Counted from the first letter of the stretch, positions 9,255 to 20,297 are shown. The stretch: 64,000 nucleotides of DNA from Desulfatiglandales bacterium (GCA_963666345.1 OY762721.1:1728001-1792000); one strand, 5' to 3'. The notes: a model not told the origin generated them from the letters alone. Numbers and translations: made by a program.

Positions 9255-10982
9255 CTATATATTTGCCTTTAAAGAATCCCTGTTTCTTACGGTTGATTCA
9301 AATTCCAGATCGACTCCGCCGTCATCAAAAACCGCTCCATATTCAGACACGGCTTTCTCAACGCTCACGTATCCGTCGTAGATATCCTCCTGAAGCGATT
9401 CCAGTTCCCGCTCGAGGGGGTCTCCGAATCCTCCGCCACCGGCCGCATCCATTACGATTTCGTCACCCGGGCTCAGTTGAGTGAGCCCGTAAGGGTTTCC
9501 CCGGCCGCCGTTTACGAGGAATTGCGCCTTTGTCCCGTCTTTTCCTCCAAAGAGCCCCTCCGGCGGATATCGGTACCTTCCCGACTGAATGCCCAGGTTG
9601 ACCGGCGGTCTGGGCGCGTACTCGTCATCAGGTACTTCGATAACGACTCTTCTTCCAAGTCCGCCTTTCATCTTCCCCGGCCCTCCTGAATCTGTAATCA
9701 CGGACCGCTCCTTTATGATAAGCGGAGTGTCGCTTTCAAAAATCTCTACCGGGGTATTTGCACCGTTTGCGGGGAAAATAAAGTCATAGTAACCGTCATT
9801 TGATGAGCTGGCCCCCATGCCCCCGCCCCTTATTATGACGGAGTGCCAGGGGCTTCCCTCGCCTCTTTTCCCGTAAAACACATTCATGGTCGCGGGCGTG
9901 CCGCCGCTTCCGGCAATCACCCTGTCCGGTAAGGCCTTGGCCATTGCCCTGTAGATTATCTCGGTCATAAAATGGCCGATCTGCATGCGTGCGGCTACGG
10001 CAGCCGGAAACCTGCAGTTTACCACACTTCCCTCGGGGGCCTTCAGGCTGATGGGAGATGCGCAACCGTCGTTGTTGGGTATTTCAGGATCGAACATGCT
10101 CTTCATTGCCATAAACACATAGGCATAGGTAAAGTTGTACACCACGTTTCCGCCCCATTCTACCTGGCCCGAGGAACCTGCCAGATCCACCGTGATGTCG
10201 CTGCCTTTGACCTCGACCGCCACATGTATCTCTACATCCTCCTTCCCTTCCATCTGCTCCACAATGCCTTTTGCCCTGTATATGCCGTCCGGGACCTTGG
10301 AAATGGCCTCCCGCATGCTCTTCTCTGTCCTGTCTATAATCTCGTCGGCTATCTCATCAAGGCCGTCCATTTTATAATCATCGAGCATCTGCTTTATCTT
10401 TTCGGCACACACGTGATTTGCCGCAATCTGGCTCCTTATGTCGCCCGTTACCTCATCGGGTGTTCTCACGTTCCATCTTATCATTTCCATTACCGCTTCA
10501 TTCAGTATCCCTGCCTCATAGAGCTTTACAAAGGGGATAAAAAGGCCGTCTTCAAACACGTCATGATTGTCCGAGGAAACCCTGCCTCCTATGTCGGAAT
10601 GATGAAACACACAGGCGGTAAAAGCGGTCAGCTTTCCCTTGTAGAAGATGGGACTCATTACGCATACATCGTTGAGATGCCCGGCCAGCGCCCATGGGTC
10701 GTTCGTGATGAACACGTCGCCGTCTTTGCACTGTCCGGGGGACAGATTATTCACGAGGTTTTTTATGCCCAGGGCCATCGCCCCGGACTGGCCGGGTGTG
10801 GCGAAGCTGCCCTGCGCCAGTTCTCTTCCCCTCCTATCGGTAAACATGCAGGTATAGTCATGGGCATCCCTTAAAAGGCTCGAAAATGCGGTTCTGGCTA
10901 CAGATCCGTCCGCTTCGTCTACCACGGAAATCAATCTTCTCCAAAGGATTTCCAATGTTATGGGATCAAAGGTCAGACCCAT
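9255..10982 (-). CDS. Hydantoinase B / oxoprolinase family subunit
   Basis: RTAFSSLLRDAHD, ITNDPW..GHLND, HHSDIGG, NTPVEIFE, DSGGPGK..GG, GGGGFGDP. Confidence 0.92.
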   Translation of the reverse strand: MGLTFDPITLEILWRRLISVVDEADGSVARTAFSSLLRDAHDYTCMFTDRRGRELAQGSFATPGQSGAMALGIKNLVNNLSPGQCKDGDVFITNDPWALAGHLNDVCVMSPIFYKGKLTAFTACVFHHSDIGGRVSSDNHDVFEDGLFIPFVKLYEAGILNEAVMEMIRWNVRTPDEVTGDIRSQIAANHVCAEKIKQMLDDYKMDGLDEIADEIIDRTEKSMREAISKVPDGIYRAKGIVEQMEGKEDVEIHVAVEVKGSDITVDLAGSSGQVEWGGNVVYNFTYAYVFMAMKSMFDPEIPNNDGCASPISLKAPEGSVVNCRFPAAVAARMQIGHFMTEIIYRAMAKALPDRVIAGSGGTPATMNVFYGKRGEGSPWHSVIIRGGGMGASSSNDGYYDFIFPANGANTPVEIFESDTPLIIKERSVITDSGGPGKMKGGLGRRVVIEVPDDEYAPRPPVNLGIQSGRYRYPPEGLFGGKDGTKAQFLVNGGRGNPYGLTQLSPGDEIVMDAAGGGGFGDPLERELESLQEDIYDGYVSVEKAVSEYGAVFDDGGVDLEFESTVRNRDSLKANI

Positions 10983-10993
10983 TTTTCCCTCCT

Positions 10994-13081
10994 CTAATTT
11001 TTTATATCAACCCAGAGAAATCCGTACCGGTCCACTGAAACATCCGCGTCTTCTCCCACTATCACGGTCGATTCACGTTCTTCTATAATAGCGGGTCCCG
11101 GAAAACAGGCGCCGGGAAACAATTTGTACCGGTCATAAACGGAAAAGGGGATGAAATCCTTGGCGATCCCGGAGTAGGCGTTTCTTTTCCCCTTGATCGC
11201 GTTTTCAAGGTTTGTTTCCGCCGCATCCAGCATGGGCAGATTAAGCAGACGCTCGGGAAGGCTTGCACGCACCTTGAAATTGATGAATTCCACCGGTGAA
11301 TCAGGGTATGTTCTTCCGTAAAGCCTTTCATAGATATCGTCAAAGCGTCTTCTTACATCCTCTTTTCTCACATCCGTGAATCTGCTTTCAGGTACGGGTA
11401 TGTTTGTCTCGGAACCCTGCCCGACAAAACGAACATCCGCTGATCTTTCGAACTTTATTCCCTCGGTCCCCGCCGTCTGGAGAGTCCTGGCGCCCTCCTG
11501 TTCCATTTCCCGGTAAATGGCTTCTATCTCCTCGAAATCCGCGTCGTTTAGGCCCGTCTTGTGGCTCCTGACCAGGTCGAAAGCCCTGGGAGCGGTAAAA
11601 AACCCGAGGGCGGAGCCTACGCCCGCGTTCGGCGGCACTATGAGCCTTGCCGCGCCCAGCTTCTTTGTAAGCCCGTAGGCGTGAACAGGTCCGGCACCTC
11701 CAAAAGCACTCACCGTTACCACCTTGGGATTCCCGCCTTTTTCAGCGATGTGGGTCTTGGCGGCCGCCGCCATTGTCTCGTTTATCAGGTCATGTATGCC
11801 CCATATCGCCTGAATCAAAGACACGCCCAGGGGCCCGGCTATTTTTTCCTCTATGCCCTTTTCCGCAGCCTCCCTGTCCAGGCTCATCTCCCCTCCCAGG
11901 AAATAGTCGGGATCAAGATAACCAAGGAGGAGATCCGCATCGGTCACGCCGGGATCTTTTCCTCCCCTGCCGTAGCAGATGGGGCCCGGGTCCGCGCCTG
12001 AACTTTCAGGACCTACCTGAAGGGTTCCCATTCTGCTCACCTTGGCTATGCTTCCCCCGCCCGCCCCTATTTCCATAAGGTCGACCACCGGAACCTGAAT
12101 GGTGAGTCCGCTTCCTTTCATGAACCGCTGAACCCTTCCCACCTCGAAGGTGGGTACCACACCGGCGCTTCCGCCCTGAATAAGGCAGGATTTCGCGGTC
12201 GTGCCTCCCATATCAAAACAGAACATCTCCGAGATATCGAAGAGTTTGCCGTAATATTCACCTGATATGACGGCTGCGGTGGGACCTGATTCAATTATCC
12301 TGACGGGAAACTCCGCGGCGGTCTCAACCGAGGTGATACCCCCGCTTGAAAGCATTATGAAAAGTTTTCCGCCCGAGCCGATATCCTCCAGCCTCTTTGA
12401 AAGTCTTGAAAGATATCTTCCGGTGAGAGGTTTTACATAGGCGTTGGTTACGGTCGTGCTGGTTCTTTCATACTCCCTGATCTGAGGCAGGACTTCGTAT
12501 GAGATAGAAACGGAAATCTGAGGCGCCTTTTTTTCGATTATCTCTTTTATCATGAACTCGTGGGCCGGGTTTTCAAAGGAGTTGAGGAGGCACACGGCTA
12601 TCGATTCGACCCCCGTTTCAAGCAGCCTTTCCACACACTCCTGCGCCTCCTCCCGGCTGAGCGCCTTGAGAACCGTGCCGTCGCTTCTGACTCTCTCATC
12701 CACTTCGAACCTGAACCTTCTGGGGATAAGAGGTTTTGGAAATTCGGCAAAGACGTCATACGGCGCGTACCGTATCTCTCTTCCAAGCTCCAGGACGTCC
12801 CTGAACCCCTTTGTCGTGATCAGGCCCGTTTTCGCCCCTTTTCTCTCAATAATTGAATTTATAACCAGGGTGGTGCCATGTATGACCTCGTCCAGTTGCG
12901 CCACAAAGCCATTACGTCGGGCCTCCAGCTCCCTGATACCCTGCTCCACGGCATCTGAAGGGTCGCTGGGAGTAGTAAGGCATTTGTTAATGGTTATCTC
13001 GCCTGTCTTATCATTCAATAATACAAAGTCTGTGAAGGTTCCTCCTATATCACAGCCAAGTCTGTAATACTTTTCAGACAT
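10994..13081 (-). CDS. Hydantoinase A / oxoprolinase family ATP-binding subunit
   Basis: GCDIGGTFTD, HGTT, EYERTSTT, ESGP, DMGGTT, IGAGGGS, FGGAGPVH. Confidence 0.92.
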   Translation of the reverse strand: MSEKYYRLGCDIGGTFTDFVLLNDKTGEITINKCLTTPSDPSDAVEQGIRELEARRNGFVAQLDEVIHGTTLVINSIIERKGAKTGLITTKGFRDVLELGREIRYAPYDVFAEFPKPLIPRRFRFEVDERVRSDGTVLKALSREEAQECVERLLETGVESIAVCLLNSFENPAHEFMIKEIIEKKAPQISVSISYEVLPQIREYERTSTTVTNAYVKPLTGRYLSRLSKRLEDIGSGGKLFIMLSSGGITSVETAAEFPVRIIESGPTAAVISGEYYGKLFDISEMFCFDMGGTTAKSCLIQGGSAGVVPTFEVGRVQRFMKGSGLTIQVPVVDLMEIGAGGGSIAKVSRMGTLQVGPESSGADPGPICYGRGGKDPGVTDADLLLGYLDPDYFLGGEMSLDREAAEKGIEEKIAGPLGVSLIQAIWGIHDLINETMAAAAKTHIAEKGGNPKVVTVSAFGGAGPVHAYGLTKKLGAARLIVPPNAGVGSALGFFTAPRAFDLVRSHKTGLNDADFEEIEAIYREMEQEGARTLQTAGTEGIKFERSADVRFVGQGSETNIPVPESRFTDVRKEDVRRRFDDIYERLYGRTYPDSPVEFINFKVRASLPERLLNLPMLDAAETNLENAIKGKRNAYSGIAKDFIPFSVYDRYKLFPGACFPGPAIIEERESTVIVGEDADVSVDRYGFLWVDIKN

Positions 13082-13172
13082 AAATGCCTCCCGAATCTAC
13101 ACACTGCGAAACGCCGCATTTTAGATAGGATCTGAATGCCTCGTGAACGATAAAAAGGGTATCAACATTCAT

Positions 13173-15569
13173 TCAACAGACGTTTTTTTTCTCTTTTATA
13201 GCTGCCAGGACCTTCTCCGGAGTAATCGGAAGATCCCTCATCCTTACTCCTATGGCATCGTATACCGCGTTTGCGATAGCCGGGGCGGTCGGAACCAGTC
13301 CCGGTTCACCCACTCCCTTTGCCCCGAAAGGACCGTCTTTGTCTTCCGGCTCTATTATTACCGGTTCAATAGGGATCACGTCTTTTGCCGTAAGGATCTT
13401 GTAATCCCGGAAATTGTTATTAACCACCCGTCCATTCTCAAGCTTCAGTTCCTCGGTAAGCCCGTAGCCTACCCCGGTATAAACGGCCCCGTATACCTGG
13501 CCCAAAAGGAGAGTAGGGTTGATGGCCTTTCCCACGTCATGGGCTGCGACGAGTTTTAAGATACTGATTTCCCCGGTCTCCTCATCCACCTCCACTTCCA
13601 CACCCGTGGTTCCGAATGCGTAAGTGCAGGAAAGATTTCCCTTCAGCTCACGGTCCAGCATCTCCGTGGGAGGATCGTAAAAGGCATCCGCAGTAATCAC
13701 CTTGCTCTGCCCTGTTCCAACGTGCAGTCCCGCCCGAAGTATCCTGCTGACCTCCATTCTGAAATGCTCATTTTCAGGATCGCTCTTACAGAAGATAACC
13801 CGGTCTCTTATATCAAGGTTTTCAGGATTCGAGATAAGGGCGTAGTCGAGTTGCGGTTCGGCGAAACCTGGATCTTTTTTCTTTTGTTTCTTGAAGCCCT
13901 TCTTTATCATCAGCGGCATTTTTTCCGCCGCCATCTCGAGGATCTGTTTTTTGGCCTTTTCGCAGGCCAGTATGGCGGCGTTTCCCGCCATAAAGGTATG
14001 CCGGCTTGCATGGGTCCCGGCATCCCACAGGCAGAGACGGGTATCCCCGAATGTTATCGAAACGTCTTCAGGTCTGAACCCTATGGCCTCTGCCACCATC
14101 TGGGAAATGACCGTAGGAGAGCCCTGGCCCTGATCAGTGCCGCTTTCGATGACATCGATATAGCCGTCCTCATCGACCTTGACCGCTATGCCGTGACCGT
14201 CCGACTTATAGACCCTTGCTCCGCCTGCCACGTGTATGAGGGAAGCCATCCCGACACCCCTGCCCTTCTTGGGCGCCTTTTTTTTGTCATCCCAGTTGAG
14301 CCGCTCCTTAACGGAGTCTATGCACTCCTTCAGGCCGCACGTGGTAATCTTGAGCCTCATAGGGGTCTCCTCCCCCTCCACATTGCGGTTTATCGATCTG
14401 AATTCCGCCGGATCAATGCCCGCTTCGTTTGCAAGCGTGTCCATGGATGTCTCTACCGCAAAGCTTGCCTGTGGATTTCCATAACCCCTCATGGCCTGGC
14501 AGTAGATATTGTTGGTATAAACACACGTCGCCTTGAAGCTTACATTGGGCACCCTGTAAAGAGAAGACATGGGCATCATCATTACGGAGGGAGTGGTAAC
14601 CCCCCAGGATGTATATGCGCCGTTATCCAGCAAGGCTGAAGCCTTCCTGAAGGTAAGCCGCCCCTGTTTATCACATCCCTGTTCGATATCAAACAGGGCC
14701 GGCTGCCTCGGGGGCAGGGCCATGAATTCTTCCTCCCTCGTAAAAAGTATCTTAACCGGTCTTCTGGTCTTCAGGGCCAGCTGTATGCATATGAATTCAT
14801 AGATATCCGTATCCAGCTTTGTCCCGAAGCTTCCGCCCACCACCGGATTTACCACCCTTATTTTTTTATTTTTCAATCCGATCTGTGCGAAGTACTCGGT
14901 GATTCTGCCTTTGTCGCCGAATATGACATTTGTCTGATTGTAGAGGGTAAGGTTGTTGTTGCTGTCGAATTCGGCAATGCATCCGCTTGTACCCATGCAG
15001 CACTGGTTTACCCATGTGGTGCTCACACTGTCCTTTACCACGTAGGCGGAGTTTTCCTTTCCCTGATCGATATCACCACTTTGGAATCTCCAGGGGATTG
15101 GAAGGACGTTACTCCTTACGGGCTTGCCTCTTGCGTCTGTTTCATGGATGAGCGGGGCGGCCTCCGCCATGGCTTCATAAGGGTCGAAGACCGCCGGCAG
15201 TTCTTCATACTCCACCTTTATAAGGCTTACGGCCTCCTCCGCAATATCAGGACTTATGGCCGCAACGGCCGCTACTTCGTCTCTGTACTGACGCACCTTG
15301 TCCTTCTTTAAAACCGTCTGATCCTTGAAGAATCCGACTCTGACGTCCGGGATATCACGGCCTGTAAGTACCGCCCTTACACCGGGAAGCATCTCAGCCG
15401 CCGAAGTGTCCACATTTATGATTTTGGCGTGGGCGAAATCACTGTAGAGGATCTTGCCGTAGAGCATACCTGGTCTCTTCAGATCATCAATATAAACGGC
15501 CTTGCCGGTAACCTTTTCGGTTTCTATCGTTCTGGGGATACTCTTTCCAATGTAGAGATGCTCGGACAT
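13173..15569 (-). CDS. Xanthine dehydrogenase family molybdopterin-binding subunit
   Basis: GGSFGTK, AMRGYGNPQ, DQGQG, THASR, KGVGEPG; ATG at 15569 (MSEHL) has a GGAGG RBS. Confidence 0.92.
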   Translation of the reverse strand: MSEHLYIGKSIPRTIETEKVTGKAVYIDDLKRPGMLYGKILYSDFAHAKIINVDTSAAEMLPGVRAVLTGRDIPDVRVGFFKDQTVLKKDKVRQYRDEVAAVAAISPDIAEEAVSLIKVEYEELPAVFDPYEAMAEAAPLIHETDARGKPVRSNVLPIPWRFQSGDIDQGKENSAYVVKDSVSTTWVNQCCMGTSGCIAEFDSNNNLTLYNQTNVIFGDKGRITEYFAQIGLKNKKIRVVNPVVGGSFGTKLDTDIYEFICIQLALKTRRPVKILFTREEEFMALPPRQPALFDIEQGCDKQGRLTFRKASALLDNGAYTSWGVTTPSVMMMPMSSLYRVPNVSFKATCVYTNNIYCQAMRGYGNPQASFAVETSMDTLANEAGIDPAEFRSINRNVEGEETPMRLKITTCGLKECIDSVKERLNWDDKKKAPKKGRGVGMASLIHVAGGARVYKSDGHGIAVKVDEDGYIDVIESGTDQGQGSPTVISQMVAEAIGFRPEDVSITFGDTRLCLWDAGTHASRHTFMAGNAAILACEKAKKQILEMAAEKMPLMIKKGFKKQKKKDPGFAEPQLDYALISNPENLDIRDRVIFCKSDPENEHFRMEVSRILRAGLHVGTGQSKVITADAFYDPPTEMLDRELKGNLSCTYAFGTTGVEVEVDEETGEISILKLVAAHDVGKAINPTLLLGQVYGAVYTGVGYGLTEELKLENGRVVNNNFRDYKILTAKDVIPIEPVIIEPEDKDGPFGAKGVGEPGLVPTAPAIANAVYDAIGVRMRDLPITPEKVLAAIKEKKNVC

Positions 15570-15586
15570 TGCTTCCTCCTGTGGTA

Positions 15587-16069
15587 TTACTCTTTTTCCC
15601 TGCTCATTGCGGCCGCATTTTCTATCGCCTCGACTATCTGAACATATCCCGTGCATCGGCAGATATTCCCTGCGATAGCGGTCCTTATTTCATCCTCCGT
15701 GGGATCGGAGTTCTCCTTGAGTAGAGACTTGGCCGACATGATCATACCGGAAGTACAGAAACCGCACTGAACTCCGTTGTTTTCCAGAAAGGATCTCTGC
15801 AGCGGGTCAAGGGATCCATCCTGAGAAGCAAGCCCCTCAATTGTCGTGACCGATTTACCCTCAATCTCAAAAACAGGATACAGGCAGGAGTTTACCGCGT
15901 CTCCGTCTACCATGACCGTACAGGCTCCGCATTCGCCCACTCCGCAACCCTCCTTTGCCCCGGTAAGTTCGAAATACTCCCTCAGGGTTCTAAGAAGCGA
16001 CCAGGTGGCTGGAACTTCAGCGGTCACGGGATCACCGTTAAGGGTAAAAGGAATTACCAGTTTTTTCAT
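15587..16069 (-). CDS. Xanthine dehydrogenase family 2x[2Fe-2S] subunit
   Basis: GCGVGECGACTV...SC and QCGFC...NICRCTGY. Confidence 0.95.
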   Translation of the reverse strand: MKKLVIPFTLNGDPVTAEVPATWSLLRTLREYFELTGAKEGCGVGECGACTVMVDGDAVNSCLYPVFEIEGKSVTTIEGLASQDGSLDPLQRSFLENNGVQCGFCTSGMIMSAKSLLKENSDPTEDEIRTAIAGNICRCTGYVQIVEAIENAAAMSREKE

Positions 16070-16083
16070 TTCAATCTCCTTTG

Positions 16084-16956
16084 CTACCTGTTTTTAATCC
16101 TGTCGGCTGCCAGCCTGGCTACCCTGGGTACTAACACGGCAATCATCTCCTCACGGTACCAGGCATCGCATCTCAGACTGTCTCTCGGTGAGCAGCAGTC
16201 AGGGGAGGCCGCGATCCTGCCGGCCTCGGACAGGACCTCCTCGCTCAACGGCTTTCCTTTCATGAAATCCTCCGCCATGCCGGCCCTTACAGGTGTTGGA
16301 GCCGCTACCGTAAGGGCGATTCCGGCATCTTCGATAACATCGGAAGCACCCAGTTTCAGCGCCACGCTTACACCCACCAGAGGGAGGTTCATAGCCTTGC
16401 GCCTGGAATGTTTCCAGTAGGCACTCCCGAAATTTTCCATTTCCCCCGGAATTTCAAATTCCAGGAGTATCTCGTCATCCCTTTTGGCCGTGCGTGAAGG
16501 ACCGGTGAAAAATTCCGATATCGGAATCTTCCTGACCCCTTCCGCGCCCTCAAGGATAACCGAAGCGCCGAGAGCCAGCAGAGGTCCGGCCGTATCGGCT
16601 GATGGAGCCGCATTGACGATGTTGCCCCCGATTGTGCCCACATTCCTTACCTGCACCGAACCTACCCATGAGGCACCGTCGTTTAAGGCGCTAAGCTCGC
16701 CTTTGACAAGATCGGAGTTCTCCAGCATCCTGTGCGTGGTCAGAGAACCTATATGGTAATTCTCGTCCTTTTTTATGTAGCACAGATCCTTCAGATCCCT
16801 TATGGACACCAGAAGCTCGGGTGCCATATTCCTGTTTCTGATATTAACCATCACATCGGTGCCGCCTGCTATGACCGCGGCTTTCGAACCGTATTGCCGC
16901 AAAAGACCTATCGCCTCTTTGACGCTTCCGGGCCTGATATAATCATAATCAATCAT
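16084..16956 (-). CDS. Xanthine dehydrogenase family FAD subunit
   Basis: IAGGTD, QVRNVGTIGGNIVNAAPSAD. Confidence 0.93.
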   Translation of the reverse strand: MIDYDYIRPGSVKEAIGLLRQYGSKAAVIAGGTDVMVNIRNRNMAPELLVSIRDLKDLCYIKKDENYHIGSLTTHRMLENSDLVKGELSALNDGASWVGSVQVRNVGTIGGNIVNAAPSADTAGPLLALGASVILEGAEGVRKIPISEFFTGPSRTAKRDDEILLEFEIPGEMENFGSAYWKHSRRKAMNLPLVGVSVALKLGASDVIEDAGIALTVAAPTPVRAGMAEDFMKGKPLSEEVLSEAGRIAASPDCCSPRDSLRCDAWYREEMIAVLVPRVARLAADRIKNR

Positions 16957-16967
16957 CTCACCACCCC

Positions 16968-18263
16968 TTAGTTGTTGTCGCGGTTGTCAAATACGCGTTT
17001 GCTCTTTCTCTCGGATCTTGGAAGAGATCCGTAGTCGACTACGCTTATCTTGGCACTTACAAGTATCTGTTTTTTGATCTCGGAGGATATCCTTTTCTCT
17101 ATCTCCTGATCCTTTGACACATCAATCCCCAGGCCTCTTTCCACACGCACCGTCATGTAATCGCGTCCGTCGTCTTTCCTGTCCAGCAGGATCTGGTATT
17201 CGCTGCCAATTTCCTCGACATTGGACAGTACATGGTCTATCTGCCCGGGATAGATATTAACGGCCCGGAATATGATCATGTCGTCGGATCTTCCAAGAAG
17301 ACGGTCGTGTCTCGGCAGGATCGATCCGCAAGGGCATGTACCCGGTATAAGTCTGGTCAGATCTCTGGTTCGATATCTGATAAGCGGCACTGCCTCTTTT
17401 TTAAGAGTCGTGACAACCATCTCACCGATCTCCCCCTCGGGTGCGGGGGTCAAGGTCTCAGGGTCGAGTATTTCAAGGATATAGTAATCGGCCCAGTAGT
17501 GGATTCCGGTGTGATACTCGCAATCAAGACCTGTTCCGGGGCCGTAAAGCTCCGTCATTCCCGGGATATCATAAAGATCATCCAGCCCCAGCGATTCCTT
17601 TATGCGATTTCTCATCGCCTCGCTCGATCTTTCGGAGCCGAAGATCATCTTTTTCAGATTTATCTTGTCCCTGAGGCCCCTTTTATTGACCTCCTCTGCC
17701 ATCAGCAAGCCCATTGAAGCGGTACTGCACATAACCGTACTCTGCATATCCACGAGAAACTCGCATTGCATGTCCAGGTTTCCGGGACCCGCCGGAATCG
17801 CCATGGCTCCGAACTCTTCGCATCCCAGCTGAAAGCTGGCCCCCGCAGTCCATACCCCGTATCCTACGGCTATCTGGATCCTGTCCTCCCGGCTCAACCG
17901 GGCCATTTCATAACATCTTGCAAAAAAATGAGACCAGTCCTCGATATCCTTCCTGGTGTAGCAGAGCACCTTTCTTTTCCCCGTGGTTCCGGACGACGCA
18001 TGGATGCGAACGACATCTTCAAACGGAACCGACAGAAGGGGGAAGGGATAGCCTTCCTGGAGGTCTTTTGAAGTGGTAAAGGGAAGCTTCGTCAGATCAT
18101 CAAGGGATGTTATATCCTCAGGTCTCGCGCCTTTTTCTTCCAGTTTCTTCCTGTAAAAGGAAGAGCCCTCATAGGCATGACGAACCGTCCATTTAAGGCC
18201 CTCCAGTTGAATTGACTTTAATTCTTCTTCTGATTTCGCCGCAGGCATAAAGGTCTTGTCCAT
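16968..18263 (-). CDS. paaK: Phenylacetate-CoA ligase family (aryl-acetate CoA ligase)
   Basis: RIHASSGTTG, GMTELYGPG, PLIRYRTRD, GRSDDM; start MDKTF inferred. Confidence 0.85.
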   Translation of the reverse strand: MDKTFMPAAKSEEELKSIQLEGLKWTVRHAYEGSSFYRKKLEEKGARPEDITSLDDLTKLPFTTSKDLQEGYPFPLLSVPFEDVVRIHASSGTTGKRKVLCYTRKDIEDWSHFFARCYEMARLSREDRIQIAVGYGVWTAGASFQLGCEEFGAMAIPAGPGNLDMQCEFLVDMQSTVMCSTASMGLLMAEEVNKRGLRDKINLKKMIFGSERSSEAMRNRIKESLGLDDLYDIPGMTELYGPGTGLDCEYHTGIHYWADYYILEILDPETLTPAPEGEIGEMVVTTLKKEAVPLIRYRTRDLTRLIPGTCPCGSILPRHDRLLGRSDDMIIFRAVNIYPGQIDHVLSNVEEIGSEYQILLDRKDDGRDYMTVRVERGLGIDVSKDQEIEKRISSEIKKQILVSAKISVVDYGSLPRSERKSKRVFDNRDNN

Positions 18264-18318
18264 GACTTCTATCTCTCCATAAGCAAAATGGTAGGTGAAC
18301 ATCAGGCGATATATTTCA

Positions 18319-18450
18319 GGTTTTTCTCCAACTTAGTTGGCGAGGATGGTCCAAGCACCCAAGGAGTAAAGGGTCCAAGGGTTTTTCCCTGAAAACTTTA
18401 TCAGCATTTTCAAAAATTTATTGATCTCAACAAAAAAAGCCATGACTTAG
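18319..18450. mobile_element. Truncated MITE-like element, family A
   Basis: GGTTTTTCTCCAACTTAGTTGG end plus GGTCCAAG octamers; minus strand carries the relic EINKFLKMLIKF. Confidence 0.6.
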
Positions 18451-18463
18451 CGACTACCCCGGC

Positions 18464-19771
18464 TCAATATTTAATTAGATTGGGTAAAAACGTTATTATG
18501 CCCGGGAAAATCATCAAAATCAGGACACAGATTATATAAGCTGGAAGGAAGTAGGAGACCCCTTTAAAAACGGTGCTCAAAGGGACATCCTTGGCCATTC
18601 CCCCTACCACGTAAGTAGTCGCTCCAACAGGCGGAGTAACCGCCCCCAGGGTGGTTATGACGGTTATGGTCACCGAGAACCATATGGGGTCATATCCCAG
18701 TTTTATCGCGACCGGGAAAAAAATCGGTATCGTGATGAGCAGCAGCGCAAGAGCGTCCATTACCGCTCCACCTATTATATATATAACAAATATGATCCCC
18801 ATTATTACGATGTTGGGTACCGGAAGCCCTGAGACCCAGGCCGCGATATCGAACGGGATTCTGGTTACCGCCAGGAATTTCCCGAAAATCACCGCACCGG
18901 TCACAAGCATCATGACCATACATGAAACCCTCAGGGTATCAACTATTGAAGAAAGGAATCCCTTCCAGGAAAGGGACCGCTCGCTCAGACTTATCACCAG
19001 GGCGAAAAATGATCCCGCCGCGCCCGCCTCGGTGGGCGTGAACAGCCCGAAATAAAGGCCCAGCATGATAAGCAGGAAAAGGATAAGCATCTCCAGTGCG
19101 CCTGGAAGTGATGCAAATTTTTCTTTGAAACTTGTCTTCGGCCCGGCAGGCCCCCAGGAGGGATTCAGACAACACATCAGGTACACGCTCAGCAGGAAAA
19201 GAACCGCAAGCAGGATACCCGCCGCCACACCCCCGTAGAACAGCTTGGCGATGGACTGTCCCGTATACAACCCGATTACTATAAGAACCACGCTCGGCGG
19301 GATAACGACCCCAAGGGTAGAGCCGCAGGCTATGGCCCCGGTGCTGAGCACCGACCTGTATTTGTACTTCTTCATCTCAGGCAGGGCCACGGTCGTCATG
19401 GTCGCAGCTGTTGCGGCGTTTGAGCCGCAGATTGCGGCAAACCCGGCGCAGGCCATGACGGTCGCCATTGCCAGCCCGCCTCTGATCTGGCCCATCCACT
19501 TGTACGCGGTATTGTAGAGCTTTTCATTGACGCCGGAGAAAAAGGCCACCTCACCCATGAAGATAAAAAGGGGAATTACCGTCAGGCCGTACTTGGCGAA
19601 TGTCGCCCAAAGATCGGTGCTTGCCATGGTAAGGGCGGCCTTAAAGGAAACGGCATACCAAAAGCCGGAAAATCCCACCAGGGCCATGGCAAAGCCTACA
19701 GGCATGCCCAAAAAAAAGATAATAAGCAGAAGGATAACTATTCCAATTACCCCTATTACGGCTAGGTCCAT
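18464..19771 (-). CDS. dctM: TRAP transporter large permease
   Basis: IPLFIFMG, AAICGS, GVVIPPS, FTPTEA, TPPVG; highly hydrophobic. Confidence 0.95.
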   Translation of the reverse strand: MDLAVIGVIGIVILLLIIFFLGMPVGFAMALVGFSGFWYAVSFKAALTMASTDLWATFAKYGLTVIPLFIFMGEVAFFSGVNEKLYNTAYKWMGQIRGGLAMATVMACAGFAAICGSNAATAATMTTVALPEMKKYKYRSVLSTGAIACGSTLGVVIPPSVVLIVIGLYTGQSIAKLFYGGVAAGILLAVLFLLSVYLMCCLNPSWGPAGPKTSFKEKFASLPGALEMLILFLLIMLGLYFGLFTPTEAGAAGSFFALVISLSERSLSWKGFLSSIVDTLRVSCMVMMLVTGAVIFGKFLAVTRIPFDIAAWVSGLPVPNIVIMGIIFVIYIIGGAVMDALALLLITIPIFFPVAIKLGYDPIWFSVTITVITTLGAVTPPVGATTYVVGGMAKDVPLSTVFKGVSYFLPAYIICVLILMIFPGIITFLPNLIKY

Positions 19772-19773
19772 CT

Positions 19774-20259
19774 TCAGGATTCCTCTTTTTTCACCAGCAG
19801 TTTCAGCAGATCAATCAAAAGCACCAGGGTCAAAACCAGACAACCGAGAGCCACCCCATAGGTAAAGGGATAAAAGATTATTCTGAGGGTCTCGGTAATT
19901 TCACCCGTTCTGCAAAGGGTTCCGGCCCAGACGAACAACCGCCACGACACGATACCGAAAAAGACCATGCATGTGAGGTGATTGATCGCTTCGAGCAGTC
20001 GTACGGTCTTGGCGGAGAATTGATTCACCACTATGTCTATTGCGATGTGTCCCTTTTTCATCTGGGTGTATCCCAGTGCAAAGGCGGTGATAATGGCTCC
20101 GAAAAAGCCCATGAGTTCAAAGGTTCCGTCGATCGGGGTCCAGACAAGTCTCAAAAAGATATTGGAACATGTCAGAAAAATCATGGCGATCAACAGCATC
20201 CCGCCCAGGACGATAAGCACCTGATTAAGATACCGAGTTATCTTATCTAAAATTTCCAT
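19774..20259 (-). CDS. dctQ: TRAP transporter small permease
   Basis: About four TM segments, GHIAID motif, lies between dctP and dctM; start uncertain (20259-20301). Confidence 0.88.
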   Translation of the reverse strand: MEILDKITRYLNQVLIVLGGMLLIAMIFLTCSNIFLRLVWTPIDGTFELMGFFGAIITAFALGYTQMKKGHIAIDIVVNQFSAKTVRLLEAINHLTCMVFFGIVSWRLFVWAGTLCRTGEITETLRIIFYPFTYGVALGCLVLTLVLLIDLLKLLVKKEES

Positions 20260-20297
20260 GTCAGCCATCAAAGGGATCGTGTTCCGTTCCTGTTTGT

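Noticed and set aside
9255..13081. Acetone/acetophenone carboxylase
   Set aside because: No gamma or other accessory subunits adjacent; context favours ATP-dependent lactam hydrolysis
13173..16956. 4-hydroxybenzoyl-CoA reductase (HcrCAB) or aerobic CO dehydrogenase
   Set aside because: The 290-aa FAD subunit shows no HcrB-type extra [4Fe-4S] insertion, and the large subunit has AMRGYG, not the CoxL AYxCSFR motif
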